The notes below the pieces were generated by a model. The model did no database searches, had not been told where the DNA came from, and saw nothing but the letters and a program-made list of their open reading frames with translations. Positions 9,070-18,357 of a stretch of DNA of 64,000 nt are shown piece by piece. Source of the stretch: Polyangiaceae bacterium (lineage in GTDB: Bacteria > Myxococcota_A > Polyangia > Polyangiales > Polyangiaceae); contig JBILLK010000008.1 in NCBI GenBank assembly GCA_044376115.1, positions 321,560 through 385,559 of the forward strand, read 5' to 3'. Positions within the stretch are counted from its first letter, which is position 1; every line of letters starts with the position of its first letter. Both the position numbers and the translations under genes were made by a program.

Positions 9070-10509
9070 TCAGCCCTCGAACGCCGTTCCGGTGAGGTCC
9101 GGCAGGATCTTGTCCGACCCCGAGACGCCCTGGTTCGGCGGGTTATTGGTGCCGTACCAACCCTGCAATCCGTGAGGCTCCATATCGCCGACCGAAGTCG
9201 CCGCCGGATTGAACGCCTTCAAAACCGTCAGCAGACAGTCGCTGGTGTTGCCCGCCGCGTTGTAGCTCCCTTCGTCCTCGGTCATCCGCGGAACCGCTTG
9301 ATAGTGGTACTTGCCCTTCAACGTGTCGCGCGCTTTACCGATGAGAATGTAGGGCTGCCTCGAGACCGTGTGTGTTAGCCCCACCGAACAGTCGCTACCC
9401 GCCAGAACAACGCCAGTATCGAGCAGGTTCTGGCCGGTCACGTCCACCGTCGCCTTCATGCGGGTGCAAAGATCAGCGAGCCGCTGCATCGAGTAGACCA
9501 CGCCTTGGTGGACCTCCTCCTGCGCACCGCCGTCGTGGGTGTTGTTGTGGTGAGCCGTGGTCTGCCCGATTTCGGCGTAGTTGGCCTCAGCTGCGCCCCC
9601 GAGGAAAAAGACGCTGGCCACGCGGGTGACGTCGCACGCCATCGCAGCACAAATGAGATCGGCCATCGCGTTGTTCACGCTGGTCAGCGGCTCCACGGAA
9701 GTGTTCGGGTCATTCGTCTCGGTTGGTTGGTCGGGAGCTTCACAGCTTGGGGGCTCAGTGTTGATGCGCTCCTCCAACTCACGCAGACCGTCCAAGTGCG
9801 CCTCGATACGCTCCTTATCGATCTTGCCGAGTCGCCCCTGGAGCTTCTTTGCGTCTTCGCGAACCGCGTCGATCACGCTCAATCGTAGTGCGCTGTCGTC
9901 TGGCTTATCTTGGAATTCGCTGAAGAGAGTCTGCCAGACCTTCTGCGGGTTGAACTCCGGGTAAAGCGCCTCATTGGGACCGCGATGAGACACCGCGAAC
10001 ATCGTGGTGCCGCTGTCCATCACGCTCCAGCGCCGTGACACGCCCACCTGGATCGAGCGCAACAACGGCTTCGGCGTCGACGTCGCCTCGATGTGGTCGG
10101 CGATCACCTGGTCGATCGTCGGGCCGCCGGACTTTGAGTAAAGCCCCGAGAGCTCGGTCATCGAGTAGCCGCTCCAGGCCGTCATTCCTTCATGGTGGGT
10201 AACCTGCGTACGACACCAGTTCTGGAGCCCTGTGGCGATCTTGAGGTACTCCTCAACGTCCACGAGCGGCGCGAGTTCTTCACTCAGGGCGAAGTTCTCG
10301 CCCGTGGTGGTCGGCTCCAAGCGCTCGAGTCGAAACCCGTTGCCGATGAAGTACGTGATGAACTGCTTCGGCAGTGGGCTTCCGTCGGCGAGCGCCGTGC
10401 CGTTGCGGTTCAGCATCGCCTCCAGCAGGGGCAACCCAACCGTTGCAGTAGCGAAGGTTCCAAGGGAACCACGGAGGATGTGACGACGACTTAGGGCGAA
10501 CTTGCTCAT
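9070..10509 (-). CDS. DUF1552 domain protein (Tat-exported)
   Basis: Twin-arginine-like signal SRRHILRG; VGLPLLEAM; GPTIDQVIA; AMACDVTRVAS. Confidence 0.85.
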   Translation of the reverse strand: MSKFALSRRHILRGSLGTFATATVGLPLLEAMLNRNGTALADGSPLPKQFITYFIGNGFRLERLEPTTTGENFALSEELAPLVDVEEYLKIATGLQNWCRTQVTHHEGMTAWSGYSMTELSGLYSKSGGPTIDQVIADHIEATSTPKPLLRSIQVGVSRRWSVMDSGTTMFAVSHRGPNEALYPEFNPQKVWQTLFSEFQDKPDDSALRLSVIDAVREDAKKLQGRLGKIDKERIEAHLDGLRELEERINTEPPSCEAPDQPTETNDPNTSVEPLTSVNNAMADLICAAMACDVTRVASVFFLGGAAEANYAEIGQTTAHHNNTHDGGAQEEVHQGVVYSMQRLADLCTRMKATVDVTGQNLLDTGVVLAGSDCSVGLTHTVSRQPYILIGKARDTLKGKYHYQAVPRMTEDEGSYNAAGNTSDCLLTVLKAFNPAATSVGDMEPHGLQGWYGTNNPPNQGVSGSDKILPDLTGTAFEG

Positions 10510-10519
10510 GGTCTTCCGC

Positions 10520-12154
10520 TCACTTCGGTAGGCCGACGTTGAGGAACGCCGGGCTTGCAACGATCTCGATCATCAGGTCCTGAATCCGATAGCCGCTGTC
10601 AGCGAAGTTCTTTTCAATTTCGCTGATCGCGGCGGCCTCACCCTCAACCTCAACACGCCCCATCGCTTGACGGAGAAAGTGCGAGACGAAGCAGGATGGG
10701 CTGTTGTCTCGAGCGATCTTCGCGAGGTCGGCAGGCCCCGCAAAGCTGAGGTTCCCCGAGGTATCCTCGGTGACGATCGGCTCGCCGTTCTCGGTCTCTC
10801 GATACCGCCCCACCGTATCGAAGTGCTCGAACGCCAGACCGATCGGGTCCATCAGCTCGTGACAGGACGCGCACGATGGCTGCAAATGAGCCTCCAAGCG
10901 CTCACGCATCGTCTTGAAGTCGCCGTCAGGCAGAGAGGCATCCACTCCCGGTGGGGGAGCCGGAATGCTGCGGCACATGAAGCGCTCCCGGAAGAAGCGC
11001 CCTCGCTTCGTTGGGGAGGTGCCGTCCGGATGAGCGAATTTGGCCAACAAGCCGGCCTTCCCGAAGATGCCTTGTCGTTCGCCATCCGTGGGCAACTCAA
11101 CTTTTTGCCAACCACCCGCAGCCGCTTGGACCCCGTAGAAGTCAGCCAAAAGTGGATTCACAAAGGTCTCCGTCGAATCGAACATGTTCCGGATATCGCC
11201 GTCCTGCGCCCACACGATATCGGACAGGAACCGCAGCATTTCTTCCTGCATCGAGGCGGCCAAGGCGTCATTCCAGTTGGGCTCGATCAGCGGGTCCTTG
11301 GTGACGTCAGCGATCTCGCGGATCAAGTAAAGCTCCGAGAAAAAGCGGTCCATCGCGCGGCGTGCTTCGGGTTTGGCCAGCAGCCGCTCCGCCTGTTCAC
11401 GTACCCCCGCGTCGGTCTCGAGCTGGCCAGACTTTGCGGCCTCGAGCAGTTCCACATCAGGGGTCTGGTGGTTCAAGAAGAAGGAGAGCCGAGAGGCCCT
11501 CTCGTACGGAGCGAGCGGAGTGCGCAGACCAGCACTCTCACCAAGCTCGGCTTGATAGAGAAAGTTCGGGGACTGAAAGACGGCGCTCAGCATGTACCGG
11601 AGCCCAGCATCGAAATCCCCGGAGGCCCAGGCTTGGCCTTGCGACGCGATGGCGAGCAGCCGCGTGCGCTCATCCTCCGCTACCGGCCTGCGCCACGCGA
11701 CGCTTACGAACTGGTCGACGACCTCGCCGTAACAAGCCTCATTCGGCGACGCTGAGATGCAGGGAGCAAAACCAGCCAGGTGACTTGGATCCGCGAGCGA
11801 GGTGTCGAGTGCCACCCCCACCGTGAGCTCCAAGTTCGAGACGTCGTTGGCGCTCAGCGAAAGCTCGGCGGCCGCGATCGACTCGAAGCCCTTCAGCTGC
11901 GGATCCGTCCACAAGTCGAAGGTCGCCGCAGCGTCCGCGCCCAACAGGTACTCAACCGAGTACTTCATTTGTGAGGTGGTCAACCGCCGTATACCAGCCG
12001 GGCCCGGCGTAATCTCGTCGACGTTCACGCCTCCGCCACTGCCGCCGCTACCGTCGCTGTCGTCTCCGCAGCCGCTGCTTAACGAGGCCGTGCCGAAGCA
12101 AGCAGCCAAGGGCGCCAGAAGGCCGACAAGACTCGAGAACCGTCCGTGCTTCAC
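10520..12154 (-). CDS. DUF1592/DUF1588 (PSD/PSCyt) cytochrome c-like lipoprotein
   Basis: GTG start with GGAGGA RBS; IRRLT; QSPNFLY; ASRLSFFL; TSPTKRG; CASCH heme motif followed by MDPIGLAFEHFD. Confidence 0.85.
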   Translation of the reverse strand: MKHGRFSSLVGLLAPLAACFGTASLSSGCGDDSDGSGGSGGGVNVDEITPGPAGIRRLTTSQMKYSVEYLLGADAAATFDLWTDPQLKGFESIAAAELSLSANDVSNLELTVGVALDTSLADPSHLAGFAPCISASPNEACYGEVVDQFVSVAWRRPVAEDERTRLLAIASQGQAWASGDFDAGLRYMLSAVFQSPNFLYQAELGESAGLRTPLAPYERASRLSFFLNHQTPDVELLEAAKSGQLETDAGVREQAERLLAKPEARRAMDRFFSELYLIREIADVTKDPLIEPNWNDALAASMQEEMLRFLSDIVWAQDGDIRNMFDSTETFVNPLLADFYGVQAAAGGWQKVELPTDGERQGIFGKAGLLAKFAHPDGTSPTKRGRFFRERFMCRSIPAPPPGVDASLPDGDFKTMRERLEAHLQPSCASCHELMDPIGLAFEHFDTVGRYRETENGEPIVTEDTSGNLSFAGPADLAKIARDNSPSCFVSHFLRQAMGRVEVEGEAAAISEIEKNFADSGYRIQDLMIEIVASPAFLNVGLPK

Positions 12155-12344
12155 ACGTCCTCCAAGGCCGCTTGCGCGGCTTTCGCATTCACAAGAAGAC
12201 CGAATAGTAGCTTGCTTGGAACCTGCCGCCAACCAATGCCACTCGCACTGATGCCCGGCTTTCAGCGTTTTGATCTCAAAGTTGATCGCAGCTGCGAGCC
12301 AGTCTGTTCGCCCGGCTGGCCGCGGATCGAGTATTTGGGGGGCG

Positions 12345-14630
12345 ATGCCTTGCGCCAAGCCACCGCTGAAGCGAGGCAACCGGTTCCTGCTGGCGGTTGT
12401 ATGGCCAATGCTGCTCTCACTCAGCCTGGCGATCCTCCTGGCCACGGGCTGCACGACGCAACAGATCGTCTGTTCGCCCAGCGACTTCACTGGCTGTGTC
12501 GTCGACGAAATCGAGATTACCGGCAACGAGGAGCTCTCCGACGACGAGATCCTGACCAAGATCGCCACCTCGGAGACAGGAACCCTGCTCGAGGGCATTC
12601 CTATCTTCGGCGTCGCCGACGCCCTCACCATCCAATACGAGCGGCTCGACCGCTTCGTGCTCGAACGCGACCTCATGCGCGTGGAGCGCCTCTACCGCTC
12701 GCGTGGTTACTACGACGTCGTCGTACGAGCGGGGCGAGTGCGCCGCATCGACGCCCACCAAGCCAACGGCAGCGACGTCGCCACCGCGCGACTCCTGGTC
12801 GAGATCCTGGTCGAAGAAGGTCCGCCCGTGCTGATCGCCGGGACGCGGGTGCAATGGAAGGATTGGGACGCGACCCGGGTCGCCGACGCTGACGCGGGTG
12901 CAGCTGCCGAAAATGCGAAGGCAGAGCTGAAGGTAGGCGCAAACTTCCGTGAAGACTCTTACGAGGCCACGCGCCGAAAGATCCAAAGCGCGTTGACCGA
13001 TCTCGGCTTCGCCTACGCACAAGTCGAAGCCACGGCGGACGTCGACCTTGCGACCCACAAAGCCAGCGTCACCTTTCTCGTCGAACTTGGGCCTCGCTGT
13101 ACGTTCGGAACGATCGAGTTGCTGGGACTCGGCCCCCTGCCCGAATGGCAAATCCGACCAGCGCTTGGGCTTCGTGCAGGCGAAGGCTACTCCACCGAGA
13201 AGCTGCGCAAGGCGGAGAGCGCCCTCGCGGAGCTGGGCGTCCTGGGGTCGATCGCCATCGAGCCCCTGCTCACCAAGCAAGGTCCACGCGCGACGACCAT
13301 CCCCGTTCGAGTTCGAGTGCAACCTGCTGCGCTCGGGGCGGTTCGCTTGGGTGGTGGTCTGGAAATCGGAGACCAGGTCGCAGTTCGCGGCGTTGCGAGT
13401 TGGCAACACAAGAACGCTACCCGCGCCCTCGACCGGTTTGCCCTCGAGGCGCGACCGCGCCTGGTGATCTTCCCTTGGAGGCTATCAACGTTGTTCTCCG
13501 ACACACCGTTGTTCCCGGTGCCGGAGATCGCGTTGCGAGTTCAATACTCGCTTCCGTTTCCCTTCGATCCAAAGACGAACCTGTTCGTGCAGAGCCAAGC
13601 GTCGATTGGGCTGGTCACCAACACCGATCCACCGCGCATCCTGACCGAAGCAACGGAGATCAAGGGAGAGTACCTGCTCGAACATCGGCAAGGAGCGGAG
13701 CGCCGCTTCTTCGACTCACGCTTCGTTACGAGCCTGAGCCACAATATCTCCTTCTCGTCGCCATTCTCCTATCAGTTCGACAAGCCGCTCGCCGATGACT
13801 CAGGCAGCCTGCTCCTGAGCATGCTCCAGCTCGATCTCTTGCTCGATCTGCGACGCGGCGAAAACGACAAGTGGGACTCACAGAGACCCGTGTCCGGAGT
13901 ATTCGCGAACGTCTCGTTGCAGGTCGCTGGCATCTTTCTCGGTGGTGATGCCGACGATGTGAGGGTGAGACCCGAGCTTCGATTCTTGGCACCGATCGCC
14001 CGTGGCGTCGTGCTCGCTGGCCGAGTTTCGATGGGCTTCCTGTTCACACAGAACTATGGCTTCTTGCTCGACGAGACGCTCTCCGAGGATGACGTCGTCT
14101 CGACTGGAGACAACCGCGACCTCCGCGAGCGGGTAAATCGTGAGGTGCAGATCCTCGAGAAGCGCGGCCTCTTCGCAGGTGGCCCCAACTCGAATCGTGG
14201 CTACGGCTTCAACCAAATCGCACCGCATCGCACGATGAACAACGCGGGTGAGCCGCTCGGCGCCAGCCCCGACGCGGTCGGCGGTCGCACGGCCTGGGAA
14301 GGCTCCGTGGAGGTCCGCTTCCCCATCGTCTCCCCACTCGGCGGGGTGGCCTTTGTCGACGCCGCGGACGTGACGCGAGGCATCGGCGATATTCGCTTTG
14401 ACCACCCGCACTTGTCGGCTGGGCTCGGCATCCGCTACGAGACCGCCGTTGGCCCGCTGCGAGTCGACCTTGGCTACAAGATTCCCTACCTCCAAGAGGC
14501 CGGGGTGGAGGATCCAACCGAGTGCCCTTCCGGCGGGCTGGCTCGGGGCGCCCCAGCCTGCGAGCTCATCCAGGACGAGGTTGCTACCGACCCTTTCGCG
14601 CTTTCGATCGCGATCGGCAACGCCTTCTGA
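12345..14630 (+). CDS. Omp85 family (TamA/BamA-like) outer membrane protein with POTRA domains
   Basis: Lipobox LATGC; POTRA motifs (YRSRGYYDV, LGFAYAQV); GGPNSNRGY; GIRYETAVGPLRVDLG; C-terminal IGNAF. Confidence 0.85.
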   Translation: MPCAKPPLKRGNRFLLAVVWPMLLSLSLAILLATGCTTQQIVCSPSDFTGCVVDEIEITGNEELSDDEILTKIATSETGTLLEGIPIFGVADALTIQYERLDRFVLERDLMRVERLYRSRGYYDVVVRAGRVRRIDAHQANGSDVATARLLVEILVEEGPPVLIAGTRVQWKDWDATRVADADAGAAAENAKAELKVGANFREDSYEATRRKIQSALTDLGFAYAQVEATADVDLATHKASVTFLVELGPRCTFGTIELLGLGPLPEWQIRPALGLRAGEGYSTEKLRKAESALAELGVLGSIAIEPLLTKQGPRATTIPVRVRVQPAALGAVRLGGGLEIGDQVAVRGVASWQHKNATRALDRFALEARPRLVIFPWRLSTLFSDTPLFPVPEIALRVQYSLPFPFDPKTNLFVQSQASIGLVTNTDPPRILTEATEIKGEYLLEHRQGAERRFFDSRFVTSLSHNISFSSPFSYQFDKPLADDSGSLLLSMLQLDLLLDLRRGENDKWDSQRPVSGVFANVSLQVAGIFLGGDADDVRVRPELRFLAPIARGVVLAGRVSMGFLFTQNYGFLLDETLSEDDVVSTGDNRDLRERVNREVQILEKRGLFAGGPNSNRGYGFNQIAPHRTMNNAGEPLGASPDAVGGRTAWEGSVEVRFPIVSPLGGVAFVDAADVTRGIGDIRFDHPHLSAGLGIRYETAVGPLRVDLGYKIPYLQEAGVEDPTECPSGGLARGAPACELIQDEVATDPFALSIAIGNAF

Positions 14631-14636
14631 TTGGCG

Positions 14637-15071
14637 CTAGGGCTGGGAGCCGCGGAACCGTTTGACCATGGTCAGTACGTTCGGCGGGCCCTTCACGTAC
14701 CGCAACTCATCCAGGAATGAGCGCATGATGAACAGACCCATGCCGCCCTCGGGCAAAGCATCAGGGAGCTGCTGGTAGGACGATGGATCGAAGGGATGCC
14801 CGTCGTCGCGCAGCTCCAGCTCAACCACGCCGTCTACCTCACGCGCCTCGATCTCGACCCGGCCTTCGGGTAGGTCCTTGTAGCCGTGAATGGCGACGTT
14901 GTTGAAGGCCTCGCTGAACGCCGACACGAGCTGCGAAGAAAATTCATCCCCGAGTTCGTTGCCGGTCCGCAACGCGACCTCATTTCCCCGCAAGATGCGT
15001 GCTGCAGCTCCAACCACGCGAACAGCCACGTCGCGATACGTCAAGTTGCCGGGAACGCTCAAACGGATCAT
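14637..15071 (-). CDS. anti-sigma factor / Ser-Thr kinase, RsbW-like (HATPase_c_2)
   Basis: SEAFNNVAIHGY (N box); DDGHPFDP (G1); EGGMGLFIMRSFLD (G2); NVLTMVK. Confidence 0.85.
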   Translation of the reverse strand: MIRLSVPGNLTYRDVAVRVVGAAARILRGNEVALRTGNELGDEFSSQLVSAFSEAFNNVAIHGYKDLPEGRVEIEAREVDGVVELELRDDGHPFDPSSYQQLPDALPEGGMGLFIMRSFLDELRYVKGPPNVLTMVKRFRGSQP

Positions 15072-15130
15072 CAGCTACCGAGGTGATTCGACGCTACACC
15101 ATATCGTCAAGCTCGCCTATAAAGCGGTGT

Positions 15131-15853
15131 ATGCAGGCTAGCGTCCGCTTTGCAAAAAGGATCTTCGATGTGGCTGCATCAGCGGTGGGGATCTGCTTGG
15201 CCGCCCCAATGGTGCCAGTCATCGCGGCTGCCGTGTACGTGGATGATCCAGGCCCGATTTTGTACAAACAACGGCGAGCAGGCAGGCTGATCGGCTTCGA
15301 CGCCACGAGCCTGCCGGTCTTCGAGCAGTTCGATATGTACAAGTTCCGCTCCATGCGCGTGGACGCGGAAAAATTCACTGGCGCCGTCCTCGCCAGCGAG
15401 GGTGATCCTCGGGTCACTCGCGTTGGTAAGTTCCTGCGTAAGTCGCGGCTCGATGAGCTGCCCCAGCTGGTGAACGTATTTTTGGGACAGATGAGCCTGG
15501 TCGGCCCTCGGCCGGAACGCCCGGAGCTGCTGGTCAATCTCGCCATGGCGATCCCATTTTTCGAGGAGCGTATGCGCGACGTGAAACCTGGGCTGACCGG
15601 CTTGGCGCAAGTTTCACTCGGCTATACCGGCCGGGCATTTGAAGGCAGCCAGGCCTCGGAGCACGAGGAGCAGCTGCTCAACCCGTTCGACCTGCCGGAG
15701 ACGCAAGGCTCCACCGCCGACGACATGCGCATGAAGCTACTGTTCGACCTTGCTTATGCCGCAGCGCTCGAGCAGCTCAGCAGCTACATACGAATGGAGG
15801 CGGGGATCGTGTTCAAGACGCCGCTGGTAATGCTCCGCGGCGTAGGCCGCTGA
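15131..15853 (+). CDS. monotopic phosphoglycosyl transferase (bacterial sugar transferase, PglC/WcaJ catalytic domain)
   Basis: KRIFD; MYKFRSM; DPRVTRVGKFLRKSRLDELPQ; MSLVGPRPER; KPGLTGLAQV. Confidence 0.92.
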   Translation: MQASVRFAKRIFDVAASAVGICLAAPMVPVIAAAVYVDDPGPILYKQRRAGRLIGFDATSLPVFEQFDMYKFRSMRVDAEKFTGAVLASEGDPRVTRVGKFLRKSRLDELPQLVNVFLGQMSLVGPRPERPELLVNLAMAIPFFEERMRDVKPGLTGLAQVSLGYTGRAFEGSQASEHEEQLLNPFDLPETQGSTADDMRMKLLFDLAYAAALEQLSSYIRMEAGIVFKTPLVMLRGVGR

Positions 15854-15876
15854 CCAGCCACGGCTGCTGAGCGCGG

Positions 15877-17259
15877 CTAGGGCTCGAACGCGCCAATACT
15901 CGGTTTGGCGCTCGCCTTCCGCGCCCGGGCAGGGCCGATAGCTGGGGTCGGCTCAAACTCCGGTAGATTGGTTGGCTTGGGAAATGGGTACTTTGCGTGG
16001 TCTGGCGGAGCAGACCGTGCCGCTCCAATCAAGGGGCTACCCGCGCGCGGCCGAAGATCGCGCTCCGCGAGATTGACGAAGGCAATGTCCTTGCCGGAAA
16101 GCGTCCCCTTCAGCGATGGATAGGAGGTCGATCCTGCCACTAACCAGTTATTAGACCCCTCAACGCTCGCGCCATTTACCCACTTTGCGTCATCGTCGTG
16201 CAAGACACTAGCCCCGCCGCCGGTGCGGTAGATTGCGTTGTTGTAGAGTTCAACCGATTCAACACTAAAGTGGGCACGGATGGCGGCCTTCGAGTCCGCC
16301 ATGACGAAGGTATTGAAAAGGATGCGATAGCGCCCTCCGGTCTGGCCTCCCTCTTTGTCTCCACCCACTCGCAGGCCGTACCAAGCGGTGGTCTTGAAGA
16401 ACACGTTGCCCAAGACTTCCGAGTCTTCGCGAGCAAGTTTTGGATCTGCGCCGTCCGGCCCGATCAACTCGAGTTCGTGGAAGAGTGCGCCCTCAATCCA
16501 GTTGTACCGAATCTCGTTACGCTCGGCGCGGGACTTAACGTTGTTACCCCCAGCTCCGTCATGGATATAGCAATGCTGCATCCGGAACACGGACCCTGGG
16601 TGAGCGCGCTCATCGGTCGCCATGTAGATTTGGTGGTGACTCTGCCCCTCCCCAGAACGGGCGAACTCACTGTGCTCGAGTAAGAGCGAGCCAGAGTTCT
16701 CATCGGCACCGAGGAGGCCGTTCTTGCAGTCATGAATGAACAGCCGACGGATGGTGATGTTGTGAGCGTGGTGAAAGAAGCAGCGGTTCGTAGCCCCCGT
16801 CAGCTCGAGGTCCTCGAATATGTAGTTATCCCCTCGAGCCTCGATTGTGTCGTTCGAGCCTCGAAAGACAGGCCGCTTGCCATCGACGATCAGGCCGCGA
16901 ATCGTGATGGGTTTATCCGCCTCCCCATGCTTCTCCAAGCGCACGCCACCCGAATAGGTTGCGTTACCACGTACCTCCACGATGTCGCCCGGCTTGAGCA
17001 ACTTGGCTACGCTGCGTAGGTCTGGGTAGATCGACCCGGGAGCAACGACATAGGTTGCTTCTGCGCGCCCATCGGAAGGCACCGGCTCCGAACTGGGCGA
17101 GGTCGATGCTGCGGCTACTGGGGCCACTGACTTCGCTGGGAGCACGCGTAACGCATCCGGATGCTGGGGAATTGGACTTCCCCCGCCCCACCGCTTCTCG
17201 TTTGAACAACCAACGAGCTCTACGGCGAGACACAACTGAAGCAACGTAGCTCTTCTCAT
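15877..17259 (-). CDS. right-handed parallel beta-helix lipoprotein (pectate lyase/chondroitinase-like fold)
   Basis: Lipobox LVGC; LKPGDIVEV..G; PITIRG; periodic beta-helix strands; DLRPRAGSPLIGA; SIGAFE. Confidence 0.75.
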   Translation of the reverse strand: MRRATLLQLCLAVELVGCSNEKRWGGGSPIPQHPDALRVLPAKSVAPVAAASTSPSSEPVPSDGRAEATYVVAPGSIYPDLRSVAKLLKPGDIVEVRGNATYSGGVRLEKHGEADKPITIRGLIVDGKRPVFRGSNDTIEARGDNYIFEDLELTGATNRCFFHHAHNITIRRLFIHDCKNGLLGADENSGSLLLEHSEFARSGEGQSHHQIYMATDERAHPGSVFRMQHCYIHDGAGGNNVKSRAERNEIRYNWIEGALFHELELIGPDGADPKLAREDSEVLGNVFFKTTAWYGLRVGGDKEGGQTGGRYRILFNTFVMADSKAAIRAHFSVESVELYNNAIYRTGGGASVLHDDDAKWVNGASVEGSNNWLVAGSTSYPSLKGTLSGKDIAFVNLAERDLRPRAGSPLIGAARSAPPDHAKYPFPKPTNLPEFEPTPAIGPARARKASAKPSIGAFEP

Positions 17260-17337
17260 GACCTGGTTAGCCTAGTACATCCGCCTTTGGGTTAGCTCCG
17301 AGATCTCGAGCTGCCCCGGACCACGAATGGAGAGCCA

Positions 17338-18357
17338 ATGACCTCGGAGACGCACCCCATCGATCCGTCCAACCCATCCGCGGCAGACGTACTTTCGGCT
17401 TCGCGGGCACTCGCGGGTCGCGTCCTTCGAACTCCGCTGCTCTCCGTTCCTGCCATCAATCAGCGGGCGCAACGCGAGATCCTCATCAAGCCGGAGAGCT
17501 TGCAACATATTGGCGCATTCAAGGCGCGGGGCGCTCTCTACGCGTGCTCCAAGCTAAGCGCCCAAGCTCTCGCGGCTGGGCTTTGCACCTTCAGCTCTGG
17601 CAATCATGGTCAGGCGGTGGCGCTGGCCGCAAGGGAGGCAAAAACGCTGGCCGTCGTCGTCATGCCCGAGGACGCCCCTCAAACCAAGGTGGAGGCCGTC
17701 CGCGAGCTTGGGGCTGAGGTGGTGTTTGCTGGGAAGACCACCGCAGATCGCCAGACACGCGCGGAGACAATTGCACGCGAACGCGGCCTGACCATCATTC
17801 CGCCGTTTGACGACGCCCACGTGATTGCCGGTCAAGGCACCGCGACCTTGGAGTTGATCGAAGATGCAGCGGCGCGCGGCACGCCAGTTGACGCCGTGAT
17901 TGTTCCGGTTGGCGGCGGTGGCCTGTTGGCCGGAGCGTGTCTCGCGGCTGAATTGGCGCCTTCGGCGGTGAAGGTCATCGCCGCAGAGCCCGAGACGGCA
18001 GACGCCTTCCGCAAAAGTCTGCTTGCCGGAAGACGCGTAACGATTCCGCCGTCGAGTAGCATCGCCGACGGCCTTCGGCCCATTCAGGTAGGCGCCCTCA
18101 ACTTCGCAGTCGCGGAACACCGAGTTGCCCAAGCCATTACCGTTAGCGACGCTGAGATCGGCCTGGCGACAGTTCGGTTGCTAGCTTGGGCAAAACTATT
18201 TGTAGAGCCTTCCGGGGCATGTGCCTTGGCGGCCTGTTTCTCGTCAGAGTTGCCGAAGGAAATACGCCGCATTGGCGTTTTGGTCTCGGGTGGCAACATG
18301 GCAATGTCCACGCTGCAACGCTTATTGGCTGAACATGGCGAGAGCTTCGCCCGCTAG
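17338..18357 (+). CDS. PLP-dependent threonine/serine dehydratase family
   Basis: KPESLQHIGAFKARGA (PLP lysine); SSGNHGQ; PVGGGGL; VEPSGA; SGGN. Confidence 0.92.
   Translation: MTSETHPIDPSNPSAADVLSASRALAGRVLRTPLLSVPAINQRAQREILIKPESLQHIGAFKARGALYACSKLSAQALAAGLCTFSSGNHGQAVALAAREAKTLAVVVMPEDAPQTKVEAVRELGAEVVFAGKTTADRQTRAETIARERGLTIIPPFDDAHVIAGQGTATLELIEDAAARGTPVDAVIVPVGGGGLLAGACLAAELAPSAVKVIAAEPETADAFRKSLLAGRRVTIPPSSSIADGLRPIQVGALNFAVAEHRVAQAITVSDAEIGLATVRLLAWAKLFVEPSGACALAACFSSELPKEIRRIGVLVSGGNMAMSTLQRLLAEHGESFAR

Noticed and set aside
12155..12676. N-terminal extension of the DUF1592 ORF
   Set aside because: Antisense to the Omp85 gene; the GTG at 12154 has a GGAGGA RBS
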